Shown here: in pieces, positions 53,167 through 64,000 of the stretch | How positions within the stretch are numbered: position 1 is the stretch's first letter | Layout: every line of letters starts with the position of its first letter | DNA from: Felis catus | Lineage: Eukaryota | NCBI RefSeq assembly: GCF_018350175.1 | Contig: NC_058383.1 | Location: 40,672,001-40,736,000, forward strand | Length of the DNA: 64,000 bases | Direction: 5' to 3' | Notes under the pieces: model-generated | The model's database searches: none | What the model saw: the letters and a program-made list of their open reading frames with translations, nothing else | What the model was told of the DNA's origin: nothing | Position numbers and translations under genes: made by a program

Positions 53167-56100
53167 ATGTCGAGCCCGGGTGTGGACGGCGACCCCAAGC
53201 CTCCATGCTTGCCTCGAAATGGCCTGGTAAAGCTGCCGGGCCAGCCCAACGGCCTGGGTGCAGCCAGTATCACCAAGGGCACACCAGCTGCCAAGAACCG
53301 GCCCTGCCAGCCACCACCCCCACCCACCCTCCCACCGCCCAGCCTGGCTGCCCCACTGCCACGGGCTGCCCTAGCTGGGGGCCTGTGCCCCCCAGCAGGG
53401 CTCCCCCTTGGTGGACCAGCCTCAGTCCCAGTTCCTGGGCCCCCAGTGGAGCGGCCACCACTGGCCACAGATGAAAAGATCCTCAATGGCCTCTTCTGGT
53501 ACTTCTCAGCCTGTGAGAAGTGCGTGCTGGCCCAGGTGTGCAAGGCCTGGCGGCGTGTGCTCTACCAGCCCAAGTTCTGGGCGGGCCTCACACCTGTGCT
53601 GCACGCCAAGGAGCTCTACAACGTGTTGCCTGGTGGCGAGAAGGAGTTTGTGAACCTGCAGGGCTTCGCTGCGCGTGGTTTTGAGGGCTTCTGCCTGGTT
53701 GGTGTCTCCGACCTGGACATCTGTGAGTTCATCGACAACTACTCCCTCTCTAAGAAGGGCGTCAAGGCCATGAGCCTCAAGCGCTCCACCATCACCGATG
53801 CCGGCCTGGAGGTGCGCCCCACCGGTGGCCTGGAAGGGACAGGGGTGGGGTGGGCAGGGCCAAGCAGCAGCAAATGAGCTGGGGGTGGGGGGAGGGAGGG
53901 TGCCCCCAGGCATACAAGGAGCAAAGGAGCTGAGGGCGGTGCTGGTGCTCTGTGGATCATGTCTCTGGGGGAGGGGAAGCAGGACTGGTTACAGAACTGG
54001 GGGGACCCAATCCAAAATGAAAATTCAAGTCCCTTGTTCAAAGATGGTTAAGAATTTCAAGACAGCAACATCAAAGCAATCAGTCAAGTGGGAGCCCCCT
54101 CTGAGCTCAGAGCCCTACATGCCTGTGAGGCCAGCCTTGGGTGGGTGGGTGGGGGGGGGGGGATGCTGCAAGGGAGCAGGCGCTCAGGCCAGAGGAGCAG
54201 CTGTGCAAGCTGCCCCTTCCCCAGGGCCAGGACTCTAACCATCAAATCCTTAACACCAAGTGCTCTGGAGCCCCTGCTCTGGAGAGGCCCTGAGCTCCCA
54301 GGTCCCCCTGTGCTCTGCCTCTTCTCTTAGAATGTTGTGGTGATGTGAGAAACACACTGTGACGTGCACTTGTCCTGTTTTACACCCGTCTACACTCGAG
54401 AACACTGCTTTCTGCCCCTCATCGGGCTCCTTCCGCCCCGCCCCCCCCCCCCATCCTCACCACGCCCTGCTGCCCGCAGGTGATGCTGGAGCAGATGCAG
54501 GGGGTCGTGCGCCTGGAGCTGTCAGGCTGCAACGACTTCACCGAGGCGGGGCTGTGGTCCAGCCTGAGCGCCCGGATCACCTCNNNNNNNNNNNNNNNNN
54601 NNNNNNNNNNNNNNNNNNNNNNNNNNNNNNNNNNNNNNNNNNNNNNNNNNNNNNNNNNNNNNNNNNNNNNNNNNNNNNNNNNNNNNNNNNNNNNNNNNNN
54701 NNNNNNNNNNNNNNNNNNNNNNNNNNNNNNNNNNNNNNNNNNNNNNNNNNNNNNNNNNNNNNNNNNNNNNNNNNNNNNNNNNNNNNNNNNNNNNNNNNNN
54801 NNNNNNNNNNNNNNNNNNNNNNNNNNNNNNNNNNNNNNNNNNNTCACCGACGACGGCGTCGAGCTCGTGGCCGAAAACCTGCGCAAGCTGCGCAGCCTTG
54901 ACCTTTCGTGGTGCCCGCGCATCACCGACATGGCGCTCGAGTACGTGGCCTGCGACCTGCACCGCCTGGAGGAGCTGGTGCTGGACAGGTGCGCGCGACC
55001 CCCACGCCCGGGCAGTGGGGGAGGGGGGGCGGGGCGGGGCGGGGCGGGGCCTTCTGAGCCGGGAGCCTAGACCAGTGGAGCGACCAGTAGCAGAGTGGCG
55101 CTGCCGCGTGATGGGGAGCGGGTTGAGGACCGGCGCTCACAAACCTGGGATCCAGAGTGGCCCTGTAACAAGGGTGGGGCTGAACCGCCCCCCCCCCTCC
55201 CGGAACGGGTGGTGCCACCAAGCAACCAGGGTGGGGGTTGGGGGGGACCTGGCTGGGGAGAGTCTGTGGAAAGGGAAGCGCTCTCATCTGTGCCGGCGGA
55301 GGGAAGCTTCAGGCCTGGACACGCCGGGAAAAGCAGGAAGGGGCGGAGCTGAGGGGCGGGGTGTTTCAAGGTGGGCAGCGCACCTCTGTTGCACCCACAG
55401 GTGTGTACGCATCACGGATACTGGCCTCAGCTACTTGTCCACCATGTCGTCCCTCCGCAGCCTCTACCTGCGATGGTGCTGCCAGGTACCCGCCCTCCTC
55501 CCTCCTCGCCTCCGGAGACTGGGGAGCGGAGATGGGGGACTCGGCCCTTCCCGGCCGCTCAGCCCGCTGCCCTGATCCCGGAAGGGTCAGAGGAAGTTTG
55601 GGTCCCTCCACGCCTAGCGCGCGACATAGGCCGAGCGCCCGGACTCCCTGGGGCCCTCAGCGCCACTCCCCCGCTGCCTCCTGGCTCCTTGGGAGGCCGA
55701 GAAACCCCCTTTTTGAGCCCTGCCCCCCTGCGCCTCCAACAGCTCCAGGCCCAAGGCCTGACCCTAGAAGTGCCCCCCCCCCTCCCCGCCAGCGCGCGAT
55801 CGGAGGTCGTTAACCCGCCCTGCCCTCCCCTCCCGCCCAGGTGCAGGACTTCGGGCTGAAGCACCTCCTGGCCATGAGGAGTTTGCGGCTCTTGTCTCTG
55901 GCAGGTGAGACCCCACCCGCCCCCACCTGGCCCTGCCGGGTCCCTCGCGCCGATTCATACCTGGGGCTGACTCCCCGGGTCCCAGGGCCGGGTCCGGAGC
56001 GAGACGCCGGGCGAGCTCCGCCGGCCCCCGCACTCAGCCGCCGCCTCGCCTCCCGCCCGCCGCAGGCTGCCCGCTGCTGACCACCACGGGGCTGTCGGGC

Positions 56101-56214
56101 CTGGTGCAGCTACAGGAGCTGGAGGAACTGGAGCTGACCAACTGCCCCGGGGCCACCCCCGAGCTCTTCAAGTACTTCTCGCAGCACCTGCCCCGCTGTC
56201 TCGTCATCGAGTAG
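53167..56214 (+). CDS. FBXL16: F-box and leucine-rich repeat protein 16; 5 coding exons, ~483 aa
   Basis: Exons 53167-53811 (acceptor at 53153), 54480-54988 (includes a 260-N gap, in frame), 55401-55485, 55841-55904, 56066-56214. Pro-rich N-terminus; F-box ([23 protein letters not shown]); Cys-containing LRRs ([14 protein letters not shown]). Confidence 0.96.
54584..54843. other. Assembly gap (260 N) inside an FBXL16 exon
   Basis: Run of N. Confidence 1.
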
Positions 56215-57537
56215 CGCGGGCCTCCCCGCCCCCGGCGCAGGAAGCCGCCACGCTCCGGGGCGGGACGCCTTCTCCCGGCCCTGCCCTCAGGGGAGCCCTC
56301 GCGCCTGCGGCCCAGCGCGGGAGGCAGGGCGAACCTGGTGACCGCCCGGCCCCCGCGCCCCTCCTGGCCCCGCCCGGGCGGGGAGGGGCGGCGGGCGGGC
56401 CCAGCCCCACGCACGCACGCACACTCGGGGACTCTGTGCATGCCCCTCGTGCCCGCACTGCACGCCCGCCCTCCACCGCACCACAGCCGCCTCCATCATT
56501 CGTACACCCGCTGGGGTTGGGGGGGGGGGTGGGGCCGGCGCTCGGTCCTAGGGGGCGCTTTGAGCTCTCCTGACCGTCGCCCTTACCACCTTCCCCGCCA
56601 CACCCCGCTCTGTCTCCCCGCTGTCCCCCCATCTCGGGCAGGGCCCGGAGGGACTGAGGGGAGCTGAGTCCCCCAGGACACAGGGGCCAGAAGAGCCCCA
56701 AGGGCTTCCCGCATCTTCCACTGCACCGCGCCTGAGGCCCTCGGAGGGGTGCGAGGGGAAACAGGCCACCGCCAAAGCCATGGCCCGCCAAGGAGCCCAA
56801 GTCCCTCCCGCCCGTGCCCCACCTCATGCCAGCCTGACCCCATGAGACCTCCCCTTTTCCTGGCCACTGTATGAGGCAGTCCCCTGCTCGCCCCATCCCC
56901 CACTGTCAGGTCTATGGGTCCGTGGGCCAGAATGGGGTGGAATTGGGTTGAGGGAGGGACAGCCCTGGCTGACAATGATATTGGTGTAATCAACATTAAC
57001 CGAGCCGGCTGCAGCTTACCTCAACCCGGGCAGGACACCACCACCTTGAGAAACCACAAGCTGGAGCGACCCTCAGGCCCTGCAGGCCTTGCAAACAGCC
57101 CTGGGTGGACCCCACACCAGTCCCTGTAGCCAGCTAGGCCCAGCCTCCTCAGCACCACACTTTATCCTGGGCAGGTCTCTGTCAGGTGGAAGCTGGAAAA
57201 GCGGGCCCCAGCCAAGGCTCAGGATCAGCGCCAGCCAGCAACTCCAATCTTACGGTGGCCAGCACACCCTCAGCATCCAGAGGAGGGAGGGCTCCTTTCT
57301 AGCTGCCCCCACCCCCTCCCCAGCTTCCCAAACCTCTGCCTGCCCAAATGGGCTCTCGCCATGTTCTGTCCAATCCCAAGACATACGGAAGTCCTGGGGA
57401 TGCTGGCACATCTTGGCAATTGCTGAGGAGGGGGCTGGGACCCCTTTCCATCCCAACCTTGAGCCCCAGGAAATACAGTGCCCACACCCAATCTTGGGAC
57501 ACCCCCTGTCTGGTTGGAAGAAAGTAACCAGTTTCCA

Positions 57538-57605
57538 GAGAGCCAGAGAGTGAGCGAGAGAGAGCGAGCGAGAGAGAGAGCGAGAGCGAGCGAGAGAGCG
57601 AGAGA
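57538..57605. repeat. (GA)/(GAGC) compound microsatellite in the probable FBXL16 3' UTR
   Basis: Purine-rich repeat seen directly. Confidence 0.85.
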
Positions 57606-57746
57606 TGCTGTTGAAGCAGAGAAACAGTTCAACAGCCCAAAGATTTCCCTGTCCTGGAGTGCCCACAGGAAGCTCCGGGGCTGAGGTGGTCAGGAGCCAG
57701 TTTCTTCAGCCCCTCCTCCCCACGGCTCCCTAGTGGGGAGGAGGCA

Positions 57747-58011
57747 NNNNNNNNNNNNNNNNNNNNNNNNNNNNNNNNNNNNNNNNNNNNNNNNNNNNNN
57801 NNNNNNNNNNNNNNNNNNNNNNNNNNNNNNNNNNNNNNNNNNNNNNNNNNNNNNNNNNNNNNNNNNNNNNNNNNNNNNNNNNNNNNNNNNNNNNNNNNNN
57901 NNNNNNNNNNNNNNNNNNNNNNNNNNNNNNNNNNNNNNNNNNNNNNNNNNNNNNNNNNNNNNNNNNNNNNNNNNNNNNNNNNNNNNNNNNNNNNNNNNNN
58001 NNNNNNNNNNN
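57747..58011. other. Assembly gap (265 N); may hide the FBXL16 3' end
   Basis: Run of N; no AATAAA seen between the FBXL16 stop and the gap. Confidence 0.95.
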
Positions 58012-58500
58012 GTTTTTAGGTCATCCGACCATGGCAGGGGAAGGTGTATCTGCCCAGGGTGGCCCGAGTCTCTGGACTCTTGTGCACCGCTCAACTCATC
58101 ACACTTTCTGGTTCTCTCAACACGCAGAGGTTGGTGCCACTGTGCAGACTGGGAACACAGCAGCGACCAGTACAGACGGTCCCTAAGCTTTCATTGCTTT
58201 GGGGAGGAGAGAATGATACCAAAGTCATTACATAGACGATTAACCTCAAAATATCTAGAATCTAGTCCATCCTTCCAGAAGGGCAAAAAGGAGCCCTGTT
58301 CCGTGCATTGGGTAACTGAGGTTAAGAGGGGGGCAGGGATGTCCTATAATCATACAGTACAGCAAGGACCGAACAGGACTCAAAACCAGGAAAGAAAGGA
58401 CGGCTCAGAGAGGGTCATTCGATTGCCGCGGGGTGGTGTGAACCAGCAGGATCTGTCAGGCACCGGAGTTTGTGGAGACCAAGACAGGCATGATCCCTGT

Positions 58501-58552
58501 CTGATATACACTCGTGTGCCACACGGCCTGATATACACTCGTGTGCCACACG
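58501..58552. repeat. Tandem duplication with a 27-bp period
   Basis: CTGATATACACTCGTGTGCCACACG at 58501 and 58528. Confidence 0.95.
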
Positions 58553-59029
58553 CAATGACCAGTAAACGAAAGAATGCGTTTTGACAAGCACTTTGGAGGT
58601 GACAGTGACTGGAGAGGCCACATGTTAGATGTGGGGGCCGGGGAAGGCCTTTGACAACGAGATACTTAAGCCGAACCCTGGAGCGTGGAGAAGACGCTTT
58701 CTGCAGAGCGGAGAGTGCAGAGCAATCGCGTGGCTCGGACAGGAAAGAGCTCGGCGGGCTGGAAGAAGCGGTGTAAGCGGCCGTTGCTGGAAGTGCGCCA
58801 CGAGAGACGGAGGCCGGGAGTCTGGGGGTTATTCCTAGAGCGGTGGGGAGCCCTGTGGACTTAGACCAAAGAGTGGTACCTGGCAGCTGTGCGGGGCTCA
58901 GATCGGGGGGAACGAGGTGGGTCCAGGGGAGGAGAGTGAGGAAGGAGGTGGAGACGACTGCGGGGATTCGGGACTCGTTTAGGGATGGCTGGACTTGCTG
59001 GCGGAGAGTGAGCACCAGCATCAAAAGAC

Positions 59030-59450
59030 CAACCGCTGAGGCGGAACCGCGGGAACGCCCGGCAGCGCCTCTCCCACAGTTCGGGACCATCCTTCCGGCT
59101 GCACCAACTCGGGTCCCTCATCCGGAACGCTTGCGGTGAGGTGCCCGGTTCCGCTGAGGGGCCGACGAGCACGGACCACTTCCGGCGAGCAGGTGGGCGG
59201 GAAAGAGAAGGGCTGCTTCCGGCCCGGCCCGCCCGGCAGTTTTAGGCGATGGCTCCGGTGCCGGCGGAGGGAGAGGCTTCTCCGATCCCTCCAGCCGTGT
59301 TCCCGCGGCCTCCCCGGCCCCGCGCGCGCCACTCTCAGTGCTTCGCGCTGCCGGGGTCTCCTGCCTCCCGTCCGGCCAGACCCCTCAGGCTCTTTACACG
59401 GCTTGGCCCTTGAAGTCCCGTCGTTGGCCGCCGCGCCCCTCTGGCCCTTC
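59030..59450 (+). promoter_or_regulatory. WDR24 CpG-island promoter and 5' UTR
   Basis: CpG rich, with several CTTCCGG/CCGGAA ETS motifs. Confidence 0.7.
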
Positions 59451-59789
59451 CGCCTCTTCCCTGGAGGCCCTGAGACGGACTGTGGGGACTACTTCGCATC
59501 CTTGCAGGGACTGACTGACCGAAGGTCCAGTAACCACCCGGGTCTGACTGTTGGGGGATGGAGCGGGGACCAGGGCTGGCACTGACCGGGTAGGGTCTAC
59601 CCACAAGTCAGACGTGTCTCCTGAGGGGCGGTGAACGGTCCTGGATTGGCTCCCCAAGACTGACCGGCCCAGGATTAAGCAGTTCGGGGGAACCCAACCA
59701 GGGTGGCGGGTCTGGACTGACAGGCCCCTCCTGGCTGACCAGGCCAGCCCACTTGACGGGCCTCGTGTCCCCACCCCCCCCGGGCAGCC

Positions 59790-62700
59790 ATGGAGAAGAT
59801 GTCCCGAGTGACCACAGCCCTGGGTGGCAGCGCGCTGACGGGCCGCACCATGCACTGCCACCTGGACGCGCCGGCCAATGCCATCAGTGTGTGCCGTGAC
59901 GCCGCCCAGGTGGTCGTGGCGGGCCGCAGCATCTTCAAGATCTACGCCATTGAGGACGAGCAGTTTGTGGAGAAGTTGAACCTGCGTGTGGGCCGCAAGC
60001 CCTCGCTCAACCTGAGCTGCGCCGACGTGGTCTGGCACCAGATGGATGAGAACCTGCTGGCCACGGCGGCCACCAACGGCGTGGTGGTCACGTGGAACCT
60101 GGGACGGCCGTCGCGCAACAAGCAGGACCAGCTGTTCACAGAGCACAAGCGCACGGTGAACAAAGTCTGCTTCCACCCCACCGAAGCCCACGTGCTGCTC
60201 AGCGGCTCCCAGGACGGCTTCATGAAGTGCTTCGACCTCCGCAGGAAGGACTCTGTCAGCACCTTCTCTGGTGAGGCCCTGGAGGTGGTCGGGCAGGTGG
60301 AGAAGGGCACCACGTGCATCCAGAGTCTTCAGGTGTGCTCCCCGAGAGCACTGCCAGAGTGGCTGAGGGTCAGCATGGGAGCAGGGGGCATGGGACGAGG
60401 GAGAGCCTGAGCAGACTGCGGCCAACCTGGGCCGCTGAGCGGACGCTTTGGTTTGCTGCCTCCTCTTTTCCTGCCTCAGAGCCCCGGGCCGCTTCACTGA
60501 AGGAAGCCACGGGGACCTCCAAGGTCCTCAGCTCAGGGATGAGAGGAGGCGGAGTATGCTGCCTGCCCCTGCCCCCCAAGTTCTTTTCCCAGCAGGCCCA
60601 GCTCCTCCGCCACTGGCTCAAGGCCAGCTGGCCTGTTCACCCTGATGAGACCAAGTGCGGCACAGGGCAGAGCCCCCGGTTGCCTCAGAGAACTGGGGGG
60701 CCTCCTAAAACACCTGAACTACCTGCGCTGTGCAAAAGCTGGAGTCTTTGGAGGCTCTTGGTGTGCTGGTCCAGGGGGGTGGATGTGGACCGTTAAGGTC
60801 TCCGGTCCCCGGAGCTGACCCGGCACTCCACCTCAAGGCGAAGGGATGGGGCCGAAGCCGGGGCACCCTCGGGGGAGTGCAGACAGCCCAACAACGCTCA
60901 GTGCTCCGATGGCCGGTCCGGAAGGCAGGTCGCAGCTTTGTGCAAGGGCTCACGTCAGATGCAGGATCCAGGGAAAGTCGAGGTCGTGTTTCTGCTTCGG
61001 AAACCACATGATGCCTGGCATCCTGCTCCCTGACCTGATCTACCCAGGCTCCTCTGTGAAGCCTCTGCCCACCACCGCCCACCCTAGGCAGGCTTAGGGG
61101 TGTTTACTCCGCCTCCTAGGCTTCCCGGCCTTGGTCATGGGCAGCCATGTGACTGCAGTCCAGTCACTCCAAGGCCGCCACACCTGGCTGCCCTCTCTCC
61201 TGGAGCCTCCTGTGGGCTGGCTCTCTCACCTTCTCCCTCCATGGATGTCCACAGGCCAGTCTGAGAGTGTGCGGGACGTCCAGTTCAGCATCCGAGACTA
61301 TTTCACCTTCGCCTCCACCTTTGAGAACGGCAACGTGCAGCTCTGGGACATTCGGCGGCCTGACCGCTGTGAGAGGATGTTCACAGCCCACAATGGACCT
61401 GTCTTCTGCTGCGACTGGCACCCTGAGGACAGGTGTGGGGAGGGGTGGGGAGGGGAGGGCGGTGGCAGTAGGGTGGGACGGAAGGGCTGCCTCAGGACCT
61501 GTGAGGCAGAGAGCGGGGAGCCCTCCCACCCCAGGAGAGGATGCTGAGGGTTTCACGGACCTATTGCAGGGGCTGGCTGGCCACAGGTGGGCGTGACAAG
61601 ATGGTGAAGGTCTGGGACATGACCACGCACCGCGCCAAGGAGGTGCACTGCGTGCAAACCATCGCCTCGGTGGCTCGAGTCAAGTGGCGACCCGAGTGCC
61701 GCCACCACCTGGCCACCTGCTCCATGATGGTGGACCATAACATCTACGTGTGGGACGTGCGCCGGCCTTTCGTCCCGGCTGCCATGTTTGAGGAGCACCG
61801 CGATGTCACAACGGGCATCGCCTGGCGCCACCCACACGACCCCTCTTTCCTGCTCTCCGGCTCTAAGGACAGCACGCTGTGCCAACACCTGTTCCGTGAT
61901 GCCAGCCAGCCTGTTGAGCGCGCCAACCCCGAAGGCCTCTGCTATGGCCTCTTTGGGGACCTGGCCTTTGCTGCCAAGGAGAGCCTAGTGGCCGCCGAGT
62001 CTGGGCGCAAGCCCTACGCTGGTGATCGGCGCCACCCCATCTTCTTCAAGCGCAAGCTGGACCCTGCCGAGCCTTTTGTGGGCCTCGCCTCCAGTGCTCT
62101 GAGCGTCTTCGAGATAGAGCCTGGCAGTGGCAGCATGAGCTGGTTTGTGGACACGGCCGAGCGTTATGCCCTTGCTGGTCGGCCTCTGGCTGAGCTCTGT
62201 GACCACAATGCCAAAGTGGCTCGGGAGCTTGGCCGCAACCAGGTAGGTGGGGTGGCCCCAGAGGCCATGGGCTCCCAGGGGCCATGACCTTGGGGGTTCC
62301 TCCGACTGTCACATCCAAACCCTTTCAGGGATTTAGCACTCAGCTCTGGCTGCTCCCACCACCAGCCATCACCCTGGTAACAGGGTGCCCAGTGCCCTGC
62401 CGTGAGCCCGAGGCCAGTGCCGTCCTCTGGGTGCAGGTCTCGGGTGTTATGGGGTTCAAGTGCCCTCTTGAGGCTCGTTTTTGCTTTTGGATTTCCCAAG
62501 CTGTCCCCGCTCTGCAGAGGTGCATGCAGCCACTCTCGTCTCCCTGGGTCAGCAGGCTCATTTCCGTGTTGGCTGCCTTCAATTTCTGCTTTTGTCTATT
62601 CCCCTGTAGGAAGGAGGCTAGAATTTTTGCGTTTGGCATAGGCGTCAGTTTCCCCCGCTTGGGGTGGGCCAGGATGCTAGGTCCCTGGGGCAGCTGAACA

Positions 62701-64000
62701 CTGAGAGGTTGTGATTCCATCTGGGCGTGGGGGGGGTGGGTGCTGCACGGGGCACCAGGGACCCAGGCTCCTTGTAAGTGCCTGGTGGCTGCTCCTAGGT
62801 GGCACAGACCTGGACCATGCTACGGATCATCTACTGTAGCCCTGGCCTGGCGCCTGCCACCAGCCTCAACCACAGCGTGGGCAAGGGCAGCTCTTGCGGC
62901 TTGCCACTTATGAACAGGTAGACGCCTGGGGGTGGCTCTCCACAGAGGGTGGGACCGTTGGAACCCATCTACCCATCAGCCCTCCCTGTCCCCAGTTTCA
63001 ATCTGAAGGATATGGCCCCGGGGTTGGGCAGTGAGACCAGGCTGGACCGTAGCAAGGGTGACACACGGAGCGACACGGTGCTGCTTGACTCCTCAGCCAC
63101 ACTCATCACCAATGAGGGTAGGCTGAGGGGCGAGCAGAGGGTTGATGGGAGTGGGGCCAGGGCATCCCAGAACCAGCTGCCTCTGGAACACCCACCCTCC
63201 CTTGTGGGCAGATAACGAAGAGACAGAGGGCAGCGATGTGCCTGCAGACTACCTGCTGGGCGACGTGGAGGGCGAGGAGGACGAGCTGTACCTGCTGGAC
63301 CCGGAACACGCACACCGTGAGTGGGGGCCGGGAGAGTGGGGTTGGGAGGCAGGGCCGGAGGCTCAGACCCTGCCTTCCCTGCCCCTGCCTTGCAGCGGAG
63401 GAGCCTGAATATGTGCTGCCCCAGGAGGCCTTCCCGCTACGCCACGAGATTGTGGACACTCCACCTGGCCCCGAGCACCTCCAGGACAAGGCCGACTCGC
63501 CCCACGTGAGCGGCAGCGAGGCTGATGCGGCTTCCTCAGCTCCCATGGACTCCTCCTTCTCGCTCATCTCGGTATCACACGCCCTCTACGACAGCCGCCT
63601 GCCGCCTGACTTCTTCAGCGCCCTGGTGTGTGACATGCTGCGCTTCTACGCCGAGCAGGGCGATGTGCAGATGGCCGTGTCCGTGCTCATTGTGCTGGGT
63701 GAACGCGTGCGCAAGGACATCGACGAGCAGACCCAGGTGGGTGACCGGGTCTCCGGGAGGGCCTCCCTGCCACCCCCAGACCTGACCCCCCCGCACGACT
63801 GCCTTCCCCTGCACCCGGCGCGCTCAGGGTGAAGCCCACAGCGTGCCCACCTCCCGGCCTCTTGCCTCCCTCCCCTCTCCGCACCGCCAGGAGCACTGGT
63901 ACACGTCCTACATCGACCTGCTGCAGCGCTTCTGCCTCTGGAACGTGTCCAACCAGGTGGTCAAGCTCAGCACCAGCCGCGCCGTCAGCTGCCTCAACCA
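59790..64000 (+). CDS. WDR24: GATOR2 complex subunit WDR24; 3' end lies beyond the window
   Basis: Exons 59790-60270, 61255-61432, 61570-62242, 62799-62917, 62996-63117, 63212-63316, 63396-63736, 63891->64000. Starts [13 protein letters not shown]; WD40 repeats ([23 protein letters not shown]). Confidence 0.98.

Noticed and set aside
59394-60497. 367 aa antisense ORF
   Set aside because: Shadow of WDR24 exon 1 caused by GC3-rich codon usage.

Overview
Mammalian genomic DNA from a feliform carnivore, most likely a felid, judged from feliform-type Can-SINEs and a felid-like L1 3' end. The window is the GC-rich, gene-dense block syntenic to human 16p13.3, in reverse orientation. Seven multi-exon genes were reconstructed by hand from GT-AG boundaries and recognisable peptides: CIAO3/NARFL (+), HAGHL (-), CCDC78 (+), ANTKMT/FAM173A (-), METRN (-), FBXL16 (+, one exon partly in an N gap) and WDR24 (+, truncated by the window end). 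The first ~8 kb is L1, SINE and DNA-transposon debris. The most unusual signal is at ~9.1-11.8 kb, on the side facing the expected MSLN/MSLNL locus: a decayed + strand gene built from about three copies of a four-exon repeat (LLT..QLA / WFQ..L.PFL...FQQ motifs). I infer it is a relic of a large mesothelin-superfamily repeat protein. Other notable items are a chain of stop/start-overlapping uORFs in the FBXL16 leader, RE1/REST sites at an internal FBXL16 CpG island, four regularly spaced RFX X-boxes, a solo ERV LTR nested in a SINE nested in an MLT1 LTR, a frame-switching tandem acceptor in CCDC78, and a 1-nt deletion at the HAGHL C-terminus. Most entries in the six-frame ORF track are GC-rich or repeat-derived noise. 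Comparisons with human or fish proteins are from memory, not from a search.
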